Source: the human T2T-CHM13v2.0 reference genome, Homo sapiens | DNA length: 64,000 nt | Direction: 5' to 3' (one strand) | NCBI RefSeq assembly: GCF_009914755.1 | Contig: NC_060939.1 | Part shown: positions 44,372-59,539 of the stretch, one piece after another | How positions within the stretch are numbered: position 1 is the stretch's first letter | How the letters are laid out: every line of letters begins with the position of its first letter | Notes under the pieces: model-generated | Database searches by the model: none | What the model was told of the DNA's origin: nothing | The model's input: the letters and a program-made list of their open reading frames with translations, nothing else | Translations under genes and position numbers: made by a program

Positions 44372-45033
44372 AAAACTCACTAGAAGAGCTCAGCAGCAGC
44401 TTTGAGCAGCCAGAAGAAAGAATCAGTAAACCTGAAGATAGCTCAAGTGAAATTATCTAGTCGGAATGGAAAAGAATGAAGAAAAATGACAGAGCCTCAG
44501 AAAGCCATAATACGCCATGAAGCATGTCAATACACACATAATGGGAGTCCCAAAAGGAGAGTAGAGGAAAGGCAGAAAAAATATAGAGAGAAATAATAGC
44601 TGAAAACTTCCCAAATTTAATGCAAAACATTAATTTACACATCCAAGAAGCTCAACAAATTCCAAGTAGGATAATCACAAAGAGATCCACACCTAGACAC
44701 ATCATAATCAAACTGTTAAAAGATAAAGACCAACACAGACTCTTGAAAGCAGCAAAAGAGAAGCAATTCGTCCTGTACAATGAAACTCAATGAGATTATC
44801 AGCTGTTTTCTCATCAAATCCATAGAAGCCAGAAGGCAGTAAGATGTATGTCTTCAAAATGTTGAAAGTAGAAGATAGTCAACCTAGAATTCTATAACCA
44901 GCAAAACTACTATACAAAAATGAATAAACTAAGACATTCTGGATAAACAAAAACTGACAGAACTCATTACTAGCAAATCTTCCCTACAAGAACTACTGAA
45001 GGAAGTCTTTCAGGCTGAAATAAAAGAACACTA

Positions 45034-45599
<566 letters not shown>

Positions 45600-46049
45600 C
45601 TATTGAAGTTAAGCTGTATTAAATCTATCTAGAGGAAATATTTAACACAATTATATTATACATGGGGAAGTCTAAAGGGATATAAAGAGAGATAAAGTTT
45701 CTATACTTCATTCAAATTGGTAAAATGACAACATGAGAAAACTGATGTTTTGTGTATATAATGAAATACCTAGAGCAACCATTTAAAAGGCTATGCAAAG
45801 ATATACTCAAAAACACTATAGATAAATCAAGATGGAATTTTAAAATATTAAATAATCCCCAAGAAGACCAGAAAAAGAGGGAAAAGAAAAACAGAAAACA
45901 AAAATAAAATGATAAATGAAAAATGTATCAATAATTACATCAAATGTAAATGTTCTAAATACACTAATTAAAAGAGAAATTGAAAAATAAATCAGAGTTG
46001 AGGGACAGGAGAGGATGAGATTGGCAAAGTGGATTTAAAAACATGTCCC

Positions 46050-46352
46050 AGCTGGGAGTGGCAGCTCATGCCTGTCATCTCAGCACTTTGGGAGGCCGAG
46101 GCGGGCGGATCACCTGAGGTCAGGAGTTTGAGACCAGCCTGGCCAACATGGCGAAACCCCGTCTCTACTAAAAATACAAAAATTAGCCAGGCGTGGTGGT
46201 GGACACCTGTAATCCCAGCTACTCAGGAGGCTGAGGCAGGAGAATCGCTTGAACCTGGGAGGTGTGCAGTGAACCAATATCATGCCATTGCGCTCCAGCC
46301 TGGGCAACAAGAGCGAAACTCCATCTCAAAAAAGTAAAAAATAAAAAATAAA
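46050..46352 (+). mobile_element. AluSq-like
   Basis: ggcaacaagagcgaaactccatctc; TSD taaaaacatgtccc(agct). Confidence 0.95.
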
Positions 46353-46519
46353 TAAAAACATGTCCCAGCTAGAGTAGCTAAAAAACAAAACAAAACAATG
46401 ACCAAATGCTGACAAGGACATAAAGAAACTATATCACTCATACATTGCTGCTCGGAATATAAAAGGCTACAGCTACTCTGGAAAATAGTTTGGCAGTTTC
46501 TTTAAAAACTAAACATGCA

Positions 46520-46820
<301 letters not shown>

Positions 46821-47281
46821 CTAAACACGCAAGTACCATATGAGCAATTACGCTCCTCAGCATTCATCCCAGAGAAATGAAGACTTGTGTTCACACAAAA
46901 GCCTGTACAAGAATGTTGATAGTAGCTTTATTTGTAACAGCCAAAAACTAGAAATAACCTGGATGCCCTTCAAAGAGTGAATAGTTAAACAAACTATGGT
47001 ACAATCATACCATAAAATACTATTCAACAATAAAAGGAACAAACCATGGATAAATCAACAACCTGGATAAATCTCCAGAGAATTATGCTAAGTGAAAAAT
47101 GCCATTCATAAAGGTTACATACTATAGGACTCCATTTATATAACATTCTTGAAATGAGAATATAATAGAAAAGGAAATAAGATTAGTGGTTGCCTGGGGT
47201 TTAGGAAGGGGTAAGGGTGGGAGGGAAGTGAGTGAAGCTATAAAAGAACAACAGGAGAGATCCTTGTGGTGACAGAAATGC

Positions 47282-47575
47282 TTTTTTTTTTTTCCTCTCT
47301 TCTCATTGCTGTCACTCAGGCTGGAATGCATGGTGCAAACATAATTGCAGCCCCCATCTCCTGGGCTCAAGTGATCCTCCCACCTCAGCCTTCCAAGTAG
47401 CTAGGATTACAGATGTGTACCACCACACCTGGCTAATTTTTTACTTTTAATTTTTAGTAGAGATGAGGTCTCTCTATGTTGCCCAGGCTGGTCTCAAACT
47501 TCTGAGTTCAAGCGATCCTTCTGCCTCAGCCTCCGAAAGTGTTGGGGTTACAGGTGTGAGCTACTGCACCAGGCC
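47282..47575 (-). mobile_element. AluJ
   Basis: Diverged antisense dimer; ctcctgggctcaagtgatcctcccacc. Confidence 0.88.
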
Positions 47576-47739
47576 TGGAAATGTTCTATATTTTGACTAC
47601 ATTCATGTCAATATCCTGGTTATGACACTGTACTATGGTTTTGCAAGATGTGACCATTGGAGGAAACTGAGTAAAGGGTATAATTTCTTCAACTGCATGT
47701 GAATCTACAAATATCTCGAAACAGGACCTTAACTCAAAC

Positions 47740-47859
47740 AAATGTAAAGAGGCGCTCACTCTCAGGGTGTCCAGTGGCAGGGTCAGCACCTGAGAGTGAG
47801 TGCTTCCTTAAGTGTTGACCCTAAGTGCCCTGCCTGTCTCACTCTAGTCCCAGCCTTGC
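47740..47859 (+). mobile_element. MER96-like palindromic MITE (partial)
   Basis: gcgctcactctcagg..gcagggtcagcacctgagagtgagtgcttccttaa..ctagtcccagccttg. Confidence 0.7.
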
Positions 47860-48691
47860 CTGGGAATGACAGCTTCTTAGGCCCACTTATCAGGATTCTA
47901 GAACCAGAGGAACAAAGTTTGATCGCTAAGGGGAGCAGGGGTGGGAATCATCTCGATGCTCCACCACCAACCACCTCCCAACCACCCCAGGCCAAGTATC
48001 TTGCAAAGTGAAAGCTCGGCTGTATGAAGGATTCTGGGTAAGGAAGCATGGGTGGAATGATCCCCTGCACTCAAAGGAAAATCGACTGCATTCTGCAGAG
48101 ACACGATTTTAAAGGGGAGAGGGACTTTCAAGATCATCTGGGGAAACCGAGGCCCAGGAAGAGGGGCTACCCTCCCAAGGCTAGATTCCTCCCTGGAATT
48201 CTTACCGCAGTATGTCCTCCTCTCAGGAGCAGGAAGCACATTAGAATGAAAGGCAAACATGGCAACATCTCTGCCTTCTAGGTAATTCCCAGCAATGAAT
48301 ATCGCCAGGGCCACTGGTTCCAGGAAGAGCTGGACTTGAGCCCTCAGGACAAGGGGAAGAAGCAAGTCACAGATGGCAAGAAAAAACTAGTAGTCAAGGA
48401 TGAATTTAGAGTACGGTGTCAGCCCTGCCACACATTCCTACTTCTAGCCTGCTCTGGACCAGCTGCCCTCCTAGGCAACCAGCTGCCTACACTCCAGAGG
48501 TAAGAAGAGAGGCGCTTTGGCCCTCCCAAAGACCACTCCAAGGTGCACCTCACCAGAAACCTCCAGGCACCTCCTCTCCCACTGCCACCTCCATTCCCCT
48601 GGAGGTATCACATACATATTAACTTGTTTTCTTTGCATTTTTTCCCTCTAAGACAAGCCTCTGCCATTGGCCATAAGAAAGAAAATCATCC

Positions 48692-49015
<324 letters not shown>

Positions 49016-49465
49016 TCAAGGAAGCCGAGGGTCTCTCAGCCAGTCACCGTTCCCTCCCCAGGAGGGGTGCTCCCAGGCAGAGGTGGGAAGCCAGCCCAGT
49101 CACACAGCTCAATGCCTCATTCTGATTGGTCGGTGCTATGATGTGCTAATTGTCAAATATTTTGACTATGACCCTGAGTAAGACACTCTCCTGACCCACA
49201 TGGTACACAAGGAAGTCTCATGAAAGTGGTAGCCCTCACCCTCTCCTGGGTATATTCAAAATGCTACGCTAAGGCTCATTTCATGTTCCCTTCTCTACAT
49301 AACTACCCCTGTCAGAGAAGTCACAGAAGAATATGCTGACTCACTACCCTAAGGACCCAAATCACTCATACAGACCACAGCACAGACCTAATGAAACAAA
49401 ATCAAAACTCTCAAGACTCAAAGAGACCACCAGAATTTCTCTCAAAAGCATTTAGCTGAGCAGAG

Positions 49466-49668
49466 TTGCTCTCAGCTCCAGTTCTCGTTGGGCTCCTGCG
49501 ACCCTTCTGCTTGTGGCAGGGCAGGACTGTGGGAATCCACAAGCAATGTGAAAACACTCAGGACTTTGCAATGGTGGGAAGACATCACCATGACAAGTCC
49601 TGAAGGGCAAAGAGAAGAGAGAAGCAGAAGGGTCGCAGGAGCCCTGCGAGAACTGGAGCTGAGAGCAA
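49466..49668. repeat. 47-bp inverted repeat with 109-bp spacer
   Basis: 49466-49512 is the reverse complement of 49622-49668 at 45/47 positions. Confidence 0.95.
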
Positions 49669-49905
49669 GGGGGACTGTGAGGATGCAGCCACTGCCAGGG
49701 CCCAGGCAGGGGGAGACAGCCCAACCTCCCTCTCCTCCCGCCCGCCAGTCTCCCGCAGGGCCTCCCATTGGCCAAACCCAACCCAAAGACAGAAAGCAAG
49801 GGAGCCCACACAAGAGCAAGCCTCTCCAGGGCAGAGGGCAGGGCAAGGAAGGGCAACAAGGGACGGGTGTCAGGGAGCAAGTGGCAATCAGAGAGACCCA
49901 AAGGG
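49560..49905 (-). mobile_element. LTR33-family ERVL LTR fragment
   Basis: gcctcccattggccaaacccaacc..agaaagcaagggagccc..agcctctccagggcagagggcagg; left boundary uncertain. Confidence 0.6.
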
Positions 49906-51133
49906 ATGGCGGACCCCTCTCACACACAGCCACTTACACACCACGGCCGAACCCCAGGCCCAGCACACAGAGGCGGGACTTGGCACCCACCTATCATCTC
50001 TCCGCCCTCTGGATTGTATTCTCCCATCCCCATCAGCACAAGCTGGGTGCATCGTGGGGGGACTGGCTGCAAAAGGGAAGCTAGGGTGCCCTCCCTGGCC
50101 CTACCCTAGGCCTCTAAGAAAGAGAGAAGATAAAGGAGGCTTCTCCTCCTAGCATGACCAAACCCTCAGCCTGCAGAGCCCTAGAGCCAGGCTGGGCTGG
50201 CCCCTCACTCTGCCAGGATCCCAGTAGTGAAGGTAATTACATTTATTTTTCTCCTCTTGGCACAGAGCCCCCCAGTAACACAAGAATGCGCTTCCTTCCA
50301 CCCCCACTGCCAAGTCTTTGCCTGGCCTGCATCCGCACACGCGGCATCCCCATGTCAGGGCCCATCCCCAGAGGCTTGCTGGCAGATGTCCTGAGGTGGC
50401 AGCCAGCACAGAGTCCCCACTGCCAGGGACTTCCTGCCAGGGACTCCCCCCAGCCATACAGGAGCACCAGCAGTTGGGACTCAAGTTGAAGGCTCCAGCA
50501 GTTTACCTTAAACCACGGAACACAGAAGGTATCCAAAGGGAGAAACAGCTGCAGGTTCCAGACAGTGGAGGCAGGGAGGACCAAGCTATGTGAATGGGGT
50601 GAGCCCCTCATGCCCCGCCCAGGCTTCCAGTCCTGTAGATCTGCGAGGGAGGGCCAAGAAGCTGTTTGGTGATATCGGGAAATTGTGGACAAAGGACGGG
50701 CAGAAAGGAGAGGCCGCAGGAGATGAGGCCTGCAAATCCCTGCACTGGGGAAGTGCTGGTGAGCCACAGCTAACTGAGACCTGAAATCAAAAATCAAATC
50801 TGCCACCTCATCCTCTCCTGCTCTCTCTGGCCCCTCCTCGTGAATAAAATAAATGAAATCAGCCAACTAGATACTTCAGATCATAGCTCATTAAAGCTGA
50901 AAAGGATGCCAGAGATGAGGCCAACCCTTCAATTTATGGATGAAGAGACCCAGAGAGGGGAAGCAGTGTGTCCCCGTTCACACAGAAAGATGGTGGCAGC
51001 ATCAAGGCTAGCACTCCTCAAGTGTCCAAATACTGAGCGCCTACTATGTGCCAGGGATTCTTCCAGACGGTAAGGACACAGCAGTGAACAACACAGACAA
51101 AATTTCTGCCCTCGTGGAGTTGGCAATCTCCAA

Positions 51134-51450
51134 CTCAGCCCAACAGAACTTTTTGTCTGATAGTGATATAGGCACTCCTGCTTTGTGCTGATTAGTGTTT
51201 GCATGATATATCTCCTTTTCCATCCAGAAACTTTTTTTTTTTTTTTGTAGAGAAGGGGGTCTCGCCATGTCGCCCAGGCTGGTCTTGAACTCCTGGCTTC
51301 AAACAATCCTCCTGCCTCAGCATCCCAAAGCACTGAGATTACAGGTGCAAGCCACCACACCCAGCCTTAAATTGTTTATTTTATTTATTTTTAATTAATT
51401 TTAATTTAAATAACCACATGTGACTAGTAGCTACAACATTAGACAGTGCC
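51134..51450 (+). mobile_element. MER3 ends enclosing an L1 fragment and a FLAM
   Basis: 5' ccaacagaacttt at about 51140; 3' tttaattaattttaatttaaataaccacatgtgactagtagctac..gacagtgc at 51370-51450. Confidence 0.6.
51232..51366 (-). mobile_element. FLAM_C/AluJ left monomer
   Basis: tgtagagaagggggtctcgccatgt..gaactcctggcttcaaacaatcctcc. Confidence 0.88.
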
Positions 51451-51680
51451 ATTTCAGAGGATTCAGCTCAGCAAGCTCTCTCCACCCTGCCCGGAGCTAA
51501 GCTGAGAAGTGCCTCCACCCAGGGCAACACTGCCAATGACTATCCCCTGGAACTTTCAGAGGCCCCAAGATGGCTCCCAAACCAGAGAAACCTACCCCTT
51601 GGTAAGGATATGGCCGCCAACCCTTCTCCTCTCCCTGAGACCTCAGAAGCAGTTAGATATGCCCAAAATGAGCCAGCCAC

Positions 51681-51980
<300 letters not shown>

Positions 51981-53489
51981 AGAGCAGGCCACTTCTGAGG
52001 ACAAAATTCGTCCCTGTCCTTGCTGTAGGTGGTTTCTTGCTCCCAGCCTGACCCCTCCCAGTTCTGGTCCTCATGCTGCAGGGGAAATGACTCTCACGAT
52101 GTGATCTGGGAGGTCTCGGGCAGGGGGAAGCCCTTGCTTTCCTGGCTGAGGCCTGTGCAGCAGCAGCTGGAATGACACAGCAGAAGAAGAAGGGGCAGGC
52201 CTCTGGGAGGAGAGAAGTGGTGGTTTGATTAATTGAGATTACTTATAGGTAAAGCCAGCCAGGTAGGATCCATTGCTGCCAAGGACTGTTCAGGCAGAGA
52301 CACCTCCTCTCTCCTGGGAGCTCCCACACACCCTCCTTCTCACTGCATCATCTTGTGTGTGTTTATTTGCCATCTCACCCCAAGACCGGCCTCTCCTCAA
52401 AGGAACTCAGGACACTGTGGGCACCCTTGCCACGCACAGGGTACAGGCTGCCCCTTCCTCCTGCACTAACACTGCACTCAAGGCCCAGCTCAGAGCTGGA
52501 GAGAAATGAGTGTGTGTGGAAAGAAGATGGGGGTAAGAGGAGAGGAGGGAAGAATAGGGGAGGGGAGGGGTGCAGAGAAGGAAAAAGAAAAGGATTGCTA
52601 CCCTAGGTCAGCAATGGTCCTGCATGGCAAGGGCTGAGGAGCAGGAGGGAGGCAGAAGCACATGGAATGCACAGGTAAAGAGTCTTGATGTTCTCTTTAC
52701 CATTAACCTCTCATCTGGAGCTCTAACGCCTCCTCCCACACACTCATACGCGCTCTCTGCAGCCCTCTGTATTAAGACCACAAAGCTTAATCTGAGTTCT
52801 AGTCTCAGTGCGTTTTCACTTTTTATCTGCTGGGCTCTTGACACTATCCCAGCATCTTTACCTTCCCTCAGCCATCGCTTTGTATCTTCGCATTGGTCTC
52901 TTAGACCTGAGCTTAGAAGGCAGTAGAGCTGTGAGCCCAGTGCAAGGAGTGGAAAAAAGAGGAGAAAGAACAGAGAATGGAAATGCCCCCAGAGGGACCA
53001 CCTGAGCCCTGGGAACCTCCACATTGCACAGAGCACACCTCCACTTTAATTTACACATCTTATTTCATTTTCTTACCAAATAAACTGTCACAATAATACA
53101 GGAGCTGATTCAATTCAAGCAGAGCTGCATAGATCACATCAGAAAATGACTGATAGTCTTGATGCAGAAATTGCATTTATCATACAGACAAATAAAGTGT
53201 GAAGACATACACTCAGGATCAAGGTTTTATCTGTACCAGAGTGTACAATTGACCTGGACCTCCCCACCCTCAAAAATGAGGCATCAGCACAGGTTCGAGA
53301 CAAGATTGAAATGGGGAACAGGAGGGTCAACAGAGTTGGGGGCCAGGAAGACCAGTGGGTTGGGATAAACAGTTCAGTGAATGTTGGGAGGAGATGCTCT
53401 CCAGACACCAGGCCACAGTCTCCACCTCCACTGGCAGGAGGGAATGAGGGACAGAGGACTGCACCCTGAGAGGAACTAGGAATGGCTCC

Positions 53490-53940
53490 ACATTGGAAAT
53501 TCATGGCAAATTGCTCCTATAATTTACTGGTCTGGCTGGAGAAATGCATCTTTGAACTTCAGTGAGAGACTTTGAAAATCATTCTCAACCGAGGCTCTCC
53601 AACCCGTCTGAGATGAATTAAAGGGAATTATGCACATAAACCCCACAGATCAAGGGGACACCCACTCTCCTTCAACTGCCTGCGAGGTGATTAGACAGAG
53701 TTCATAGCAGAACAGGCGCTCAGGCTGGAAAAATAAAATAAAATAAAATAAATTTGAAAGGCAGAGATTGATGGCTTCTGTCACAAAGTCTCTCCAAAGC
53801 CACAGGCTGTAAATTGAAATTCCCATTGATGCTGAGGCAAAGGTGATAGCTCAATGGCAGCTGTTGGCCTGGAGGAGTCTTTGGGGGAAGGATTCCAGAT
53901 CCTTCTTGAAATTATGCACTGTCCAATCTTGGGGGACTGC
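53490..53940. promoter_or_regulatory. Candidate conserved non-coding element / enhancer
   Basis: Repeat-free; GAATTAAA, GAATTATGCA (twice), GTGATTAG, ATTGATGG, TAAATTG. Confidence 0.4.
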
Positions 53941-54417
53941 AGCCATCATGTAGGGGGATCCACATCCCAGGGAAGTGGCTGTGGTTCTTAAGGATGCCCT
54001 ATCATTGCCCTAAGGAGACATTGAGGCACAGAACCGCAGAAGGGTCAGGTCACATACGAACTCCCTTCAGCCAGAGATCTTCCTAATCTGGGCCCTGGGA
54101 CTCTCACAGCAGCACTGTGCCCAGTACCCTGCACACAGCTGGTACTCAGCCATGTTTGTGGAAGACAAGATGCTTCCTGCCTTCCAGGGCCCTGCTGAGC
54201 AACCCACCCCAACCTCCACCTTCTCTGGCATAGCACAGGTCCCAGGCAAACCAAAGAAGGGAGGCAGCAGAGAGGCAAGTCCTAGTGCTGCCCAGACCCT
54301 GGTCCAACCTGGAAGCAGCTGACAGTCAGAAGTACAGAAATCTGGGCTAGATTTTCTAACCCAGAAATGGACGTATCTCAGGCTGGAGTATTTAGGGAGA
54401 AAGGAGGAGGAGGCATA

Positions 54418-54812
54418 TGTTGAAGGCTACAGTATGCTGCCCAGAACCCCCTTCAGGACTGAGGCACTCATTCCCAAGTCACTCTCTAGAATTATCCTCA
54501 GCTACAGAGAGCCACTTGGCTCAAGGATACACCCCAAACCTCCAATGCCTGGTTAGTTGGCTAAAGAGAAGGTGCTTTCAAAGGCTTGGCCCTCTTGCCT
54601 CAAGGCAGGGCAATTCTGCAGGGCCTTCTCCAGAGCACCCCATGGGACTGGCCGAGGCCTTGGTTGCCACCACATTGCAGCCCAACTTCTCTTTCTGCTC
54701 CTTTTGCTTCCTTCACTTCCTCCACGTGTTGACACCAAGGGCACTCCCTAAAAATCTTGCTGCATGAGATCTCCACCTCAGAGTCTATTTCTCAGGAAAC
54801 CCCACCTAAGTC
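54418..54812 (+). mobile_element. LTR16-family ERVL solo LTR
   Basis: TG start; ctgcccagaacccccttcaggactgaggcactcattccc..atctccacctcagagtctatttctcaggaaacccc. Confidence 0.75.
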
Positions 54813-56289
54813 AGGGGGCATGTCTAGAACAAGACAGACAATCATGAGCTATCCACAGAAGGCACCTCAGAGACCAGCTGGTCCGACTCTCTCCTTTCAC
54901 AGATAAGGAGCCTGAGGCCCAGAGAGGGAAAATGGCTAAGAGAGAGGGTTCACCTGCGCAGGGACAGCCTCCAGCTCCCTCTCACACAGACTAGGCTTAG
55001 CAGGAAGATGAGTGTGGAGATGGGCCCCTTTGGATGTGGTGTTTGACCAACATCTACTTCACAAAAGGACAGCTATGCAGCTGAGGCTTGTGATAAGAAC
55101 TGACTACCCACTCCTCCCAGGTACAGAACTTGTTGTTTGATGTTAAAAAGACCCTCTGTATCCCCACTAAAGTGTGGGACTTTCTTTGTAGAGGTGGCCA
55201 ACATGCAAATATGTGTTCACATCTTCCAGGGCAGAAGTACCTGGCCAGGGGATTAAGGCACAGGAAAGGGAATTTTCATGGCCAAGATGGAGACAAGCCT
55301 GATGTTGTGGGTACCACAGAATTTGGAGTGACATTAGGCCCCTTGTTTCATCTAATCCTTCATGTCAGACCCAAGGGGACCCAAAGAAGGGAAGAGATTT
55401 GCCTCTGTCCACACAGCCAGTCCCTGGCAGAGCTGCTTCTAGAACTCGGGCCTCCTGACTCCAACTTTCCCAGGAACCATCCAGAAAGCTGAGGCCCCAA
55501 GCATCCCTCCCCAGAGAGAGGCTTGGGCCTCAGCTGAGTAATGGAGAAGGGTCAGGTCCCTGTCCCTATTCACCCCACAGCTTCTCTGTTATTTTGTGGG
55601 AAATTCGGTGTCCTGAAGCCAATAACTTGCTGGGTGATCTCTCGGCAGCTCTTGGCACATGTCCCCAGCATCCTTCTCAGAAAAGGGCACAAGCACTGCC
55701 ATTTTACAGGATTTATTGGGAGCCTCTTTCTTTCAATGAAGGAAAGAGATACTTTTATTGGTTTTGGCTGGGTTGTTACAGTCGACAATCACCTATATGT
55801 CCCCAAAATTTAAAAATGGGGGAAAAATCACCCAGCATTTACATCAATGTGGTTCATCCCTAGAGGGAGATACATTAAAGAAAGGAACAAAATGAAAGCT
55901 AACTGATGAGTTGCCATTTTAAGACACTTGGTTGAATTAAGCTAAAAGCCTGTTCCCAGGGCCACAGTGATGATCCCCAAACGCTGCCAACACACCCGCA
56001 TGCCAGGGCAGGGCTCATGGGGCCTGCAACCAGGGCTCCCCAACAAGAGTCATCATGCTCTAAAAGCTAAGGAAGAGACCCCTGCAATCTGCCCCCAAAC
56101 TCGATTTTCCCATTTAGGACCCACTCCTCGGATCCAGGCTTGATCCCTGTGGCACCTAGCCAATCAAACCCTCCCTGCTCCAAGGAGTTTCATGTGGAGA
56201 TGGAGGCACTGGAGCGGGGATGAAGGTTTTACTGCCAAAATGTGGAACTTTCGTTTTTGATTGTTTGCTTGCCTGTCCACTTGCTTCAC

Positions 56290-56345
56290 AAAAGGTGGCC
56301 CCCTGGGAACTGATTAAAACAAAACAAAACAAAAAAGGTGGCCCC
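56290..56345 (+). mobile_element. 30-bp A-tailed insert flanked by a 13-bp direct repeat
   Basis: aaaaggtggcccc (56290-302) + ctgggaactgattaaaacaaaacaaaacaa + aaaaggtggcccc (56333-45). Confidence 0.55.
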
Positions 56346-57554
56346 TAGTGGGAAGCCAGGGCCTGTTTTGGCACTAAGTAGCCTCAGTTTTCTCATCTTT
56401 AAAATAGAATGTACTTGGACCATGAAAACCCGGATGTTAGCCCCCATCTGTTGATGGCTTGCAGTGTGACTTCAAACCAGTCCCTCAGCTTCCCTGGGTT
56501 TCAGCTTCCTTAGCAGTAAAATCAGTCTGAAGTGCCTGTTTCCCACACCACACTGAAGCTTAAAAATGTTGGAAGAGAAAAGATAGCCTTTCCAATAAAT
56601 GGTATCAGAACAACTGGATATCCACAGGTAAAAAAAAAAAAAAAAACCTTAACCTAAACCTTATCTACATATAGATAGAGACAGAGACATAGACATGTCT
56701 ATAGGGAGAGATGTAATGTTTATATATTTAAATTCAAAATGGACGGTCTTAAATGTAACATGTAAAACCTTCTAGAAGAAAACATAGAAGAATATCTCTT
56801 AGGGCAAAGAGTTCTTAGACATGACACCAAAAGTGCAATCCAAAAAAGAAAGAATCAATAAATCAGAGCTCATGAAAATTAAGTGCTCTGCAAAAGACAC
56901 TGTGAAGAGAATGAAAAGACACTCTACAGAGCGGGAGAAAATATCTGCACATCACATAGCCAACAAAGGACTTATATCCAGCTGCAGAAAGAACTCTCTA
57001 AACTCTACAGGAAGAAGTCAAAAAGTCAATTTTAAAAATGAGTGAAACACTTGAACTGACACTTCACCAAAGAGGACATACAGATGGCAAATAAGCACAT
57101 GAAAAAAATGCTCAACATCATCAGCCATTAGGGAAATGCAAATTAAAACCTCAATGAGATCTCATGCAGAATCTCATATCAGCATAGCTAAAGTACAAAC
57201 GCCACCACACCCAATGCTGGCAAGGTTGTGGAGAAACTGGATCACTCATACATTGCTGATGGGAATTTGAAATGGTATAGCCACTCTGGAAAACATTTTG
57301 GCAGTTTCTTAAAAAATTAAATGTGCTTGGCAAGTGGCACTGGTGTTCAAAAACAAAACAAAAAAAAAACGTATCTACCATACAACCCAGCAATTGCACT
57401 CTTGAGCATTTATCCCAGAGATAATCTTATGTTCACATAAAAATCTATATGAGAAAGTTTATAGCAGCCTTATTTATAATAGCCCAAACCTGTAAATAGC
57501 CCAGATGTCCTCCAATGGGTGAATGGTTAAACAAGCTGTGGTACATCCATACCG

Positions 57555-57948
57555 TATATATTAAGTTGAATAGTGTTCCCCAAAAATTCATGTTCACCCG
57601 GAACCTCAGAATGTGACTTTATTTGGAAATAGGGTCTTTGCAGATATCATTAGTTAAAATAAGGTCATACTGGATTAGGGTGGGCCCTAAATCCAATGAC
57701 TGGTGTCCTTATGAGAAGGCCACGTGAAGACCATGTGCCAACAGAGGTAGAGACTGGAGCAGTGCATCTACAAGCAGCACAAAGGCCTGGGGAGAAGCAA
57801 GGAGGGATTTTTTCCCTAGAACCTCCAGTACCTTGATTTCACACTTCTAACCTCTAGAACTGTGGGAAAACAAATTTCTGTCGTTTTAAGAACCCCCCAC
57901 CCCCCGCCATGTGGTACTTTGTTACGGCAGCCCTAGAAAACGAATACA
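57555..57948 (+). mobile_element. MLT1B-like MaLR solo LTR
   Basis: gttgaatagtgttccccaaaaattcatg..gaacctcagaatgtgac..tttggaaatagggtctttgcagat..ctttgttacggcagccctag..aataca. Confidence 0.85.
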
Positions 57949-58094
57949 CCGTGGAATACTACTTAGCAATAAAAATTAATGAATTGATGGCACAATAATC
58001 TAGGGAATTACACTGAGTGAAAAAAAGCCAGTCTCGAGAGATTACTGTATGATCCCATTTATATGACATTCTCAAAATGACAAAATTAGAGTGA

Positions 58095-58485
<391 letters not shown>

Positions 58486-59539
58486 ACAGGAGTCGCTAAG
58501 AGTTTTAAATCAGCAGTTCTGATTGTGGTCGTGGTTACATAAATTAATGCATATGACAAAATTCAGAGGAATATACACTTCCCCCAAAAAGTGAGTGCAT
58601 GTAAAAACTGGGGAAATGGAAGTAAGGGCTGTAGTTTAGTAAGTGGTATTAATGTCAATTTCCTGGTTTTGGTCATCATCAGGGTGAAAGCTGGGTGAAG
58701 GGTACCCAAGAACTCTCTACTATTTTTGCAACTTCTATGTGAGTCTAAAATGATTTCAAATTTAAAAAAAAATTTTTTTTTTAATCCACAGGGATGGTGC
58801 TGGCCTGAGTCCCACGGCAGGGTAACAGCCTGCAGGGACCATCCCCCAGGCCTCCCAACTGCATTCAGTACTTCTGTCTTCCTCTCTGCGACTCTCCTTG
58901 GGAGAGGGCTGCCTGGGTCACGGGCTCGCAGCCGCTCCAGCACGCCTGCCTCCCTCCCACACTCCTGAATCCTGCCCATGCTTCCGGCCCCAGCTCAGTC
59001 CTGCTTCTTCTCCCTTGAAAGCTTTCCAGATTATTCTAGCCTGCAAGCATCCCTCCTTCCACTGACAGCTGCTTCTACCCTCCATTGCCTTTGGTATCTA
59101 CAGACCTCACATAATTTCACAACTGTCAGAGGACCTCGTTCACCCTTTCCAGTCAGACCACCGGCTCCTAAGGACTCAGACCATACCACCCTCCCCACAG
59201 CCCTGGCACAGCTGAGCACTTAGAAGGCAGAGAGAAGTGGGGAGGGAGCGGGGACAGACCTCTCTTTATTTGAGTATATGTCTCTCCAAATTCTGTCCAT
59301 ATTTTGTCTGATTTCTGGGGCACTCCCTTATCTTTTTCCAAACTTGATGGGATTTAACATTTTTCCCTAAAGAACAATCTCTCTCTTCCTACTATAATTT
59401 TGCCTAACAACCCCCTGAGAATTAAACTTTGGGGTAAAATTCCACTTTTAAGTTGAGACTTGCTCTCTTTGTGACTAACTGAGATGCCAGGATCAAACCA
59501 AGTCTTCAATCCCATTACATAAAGCCACATAAAAGCTGC

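Noticed and set aside
49488-50866. 198-aa (+) and 207-aa (-) ORFs
   Set aside because: Partly LTR-derived, no recognisable homology, and several frames are open at once because of high GC
56335-56355. CTCF-like CCACTAGGGGCCAC on the minus strand
   Set aside because: Only a partial match to the core motif, and it cannot be scored without a PWM or ChIP data
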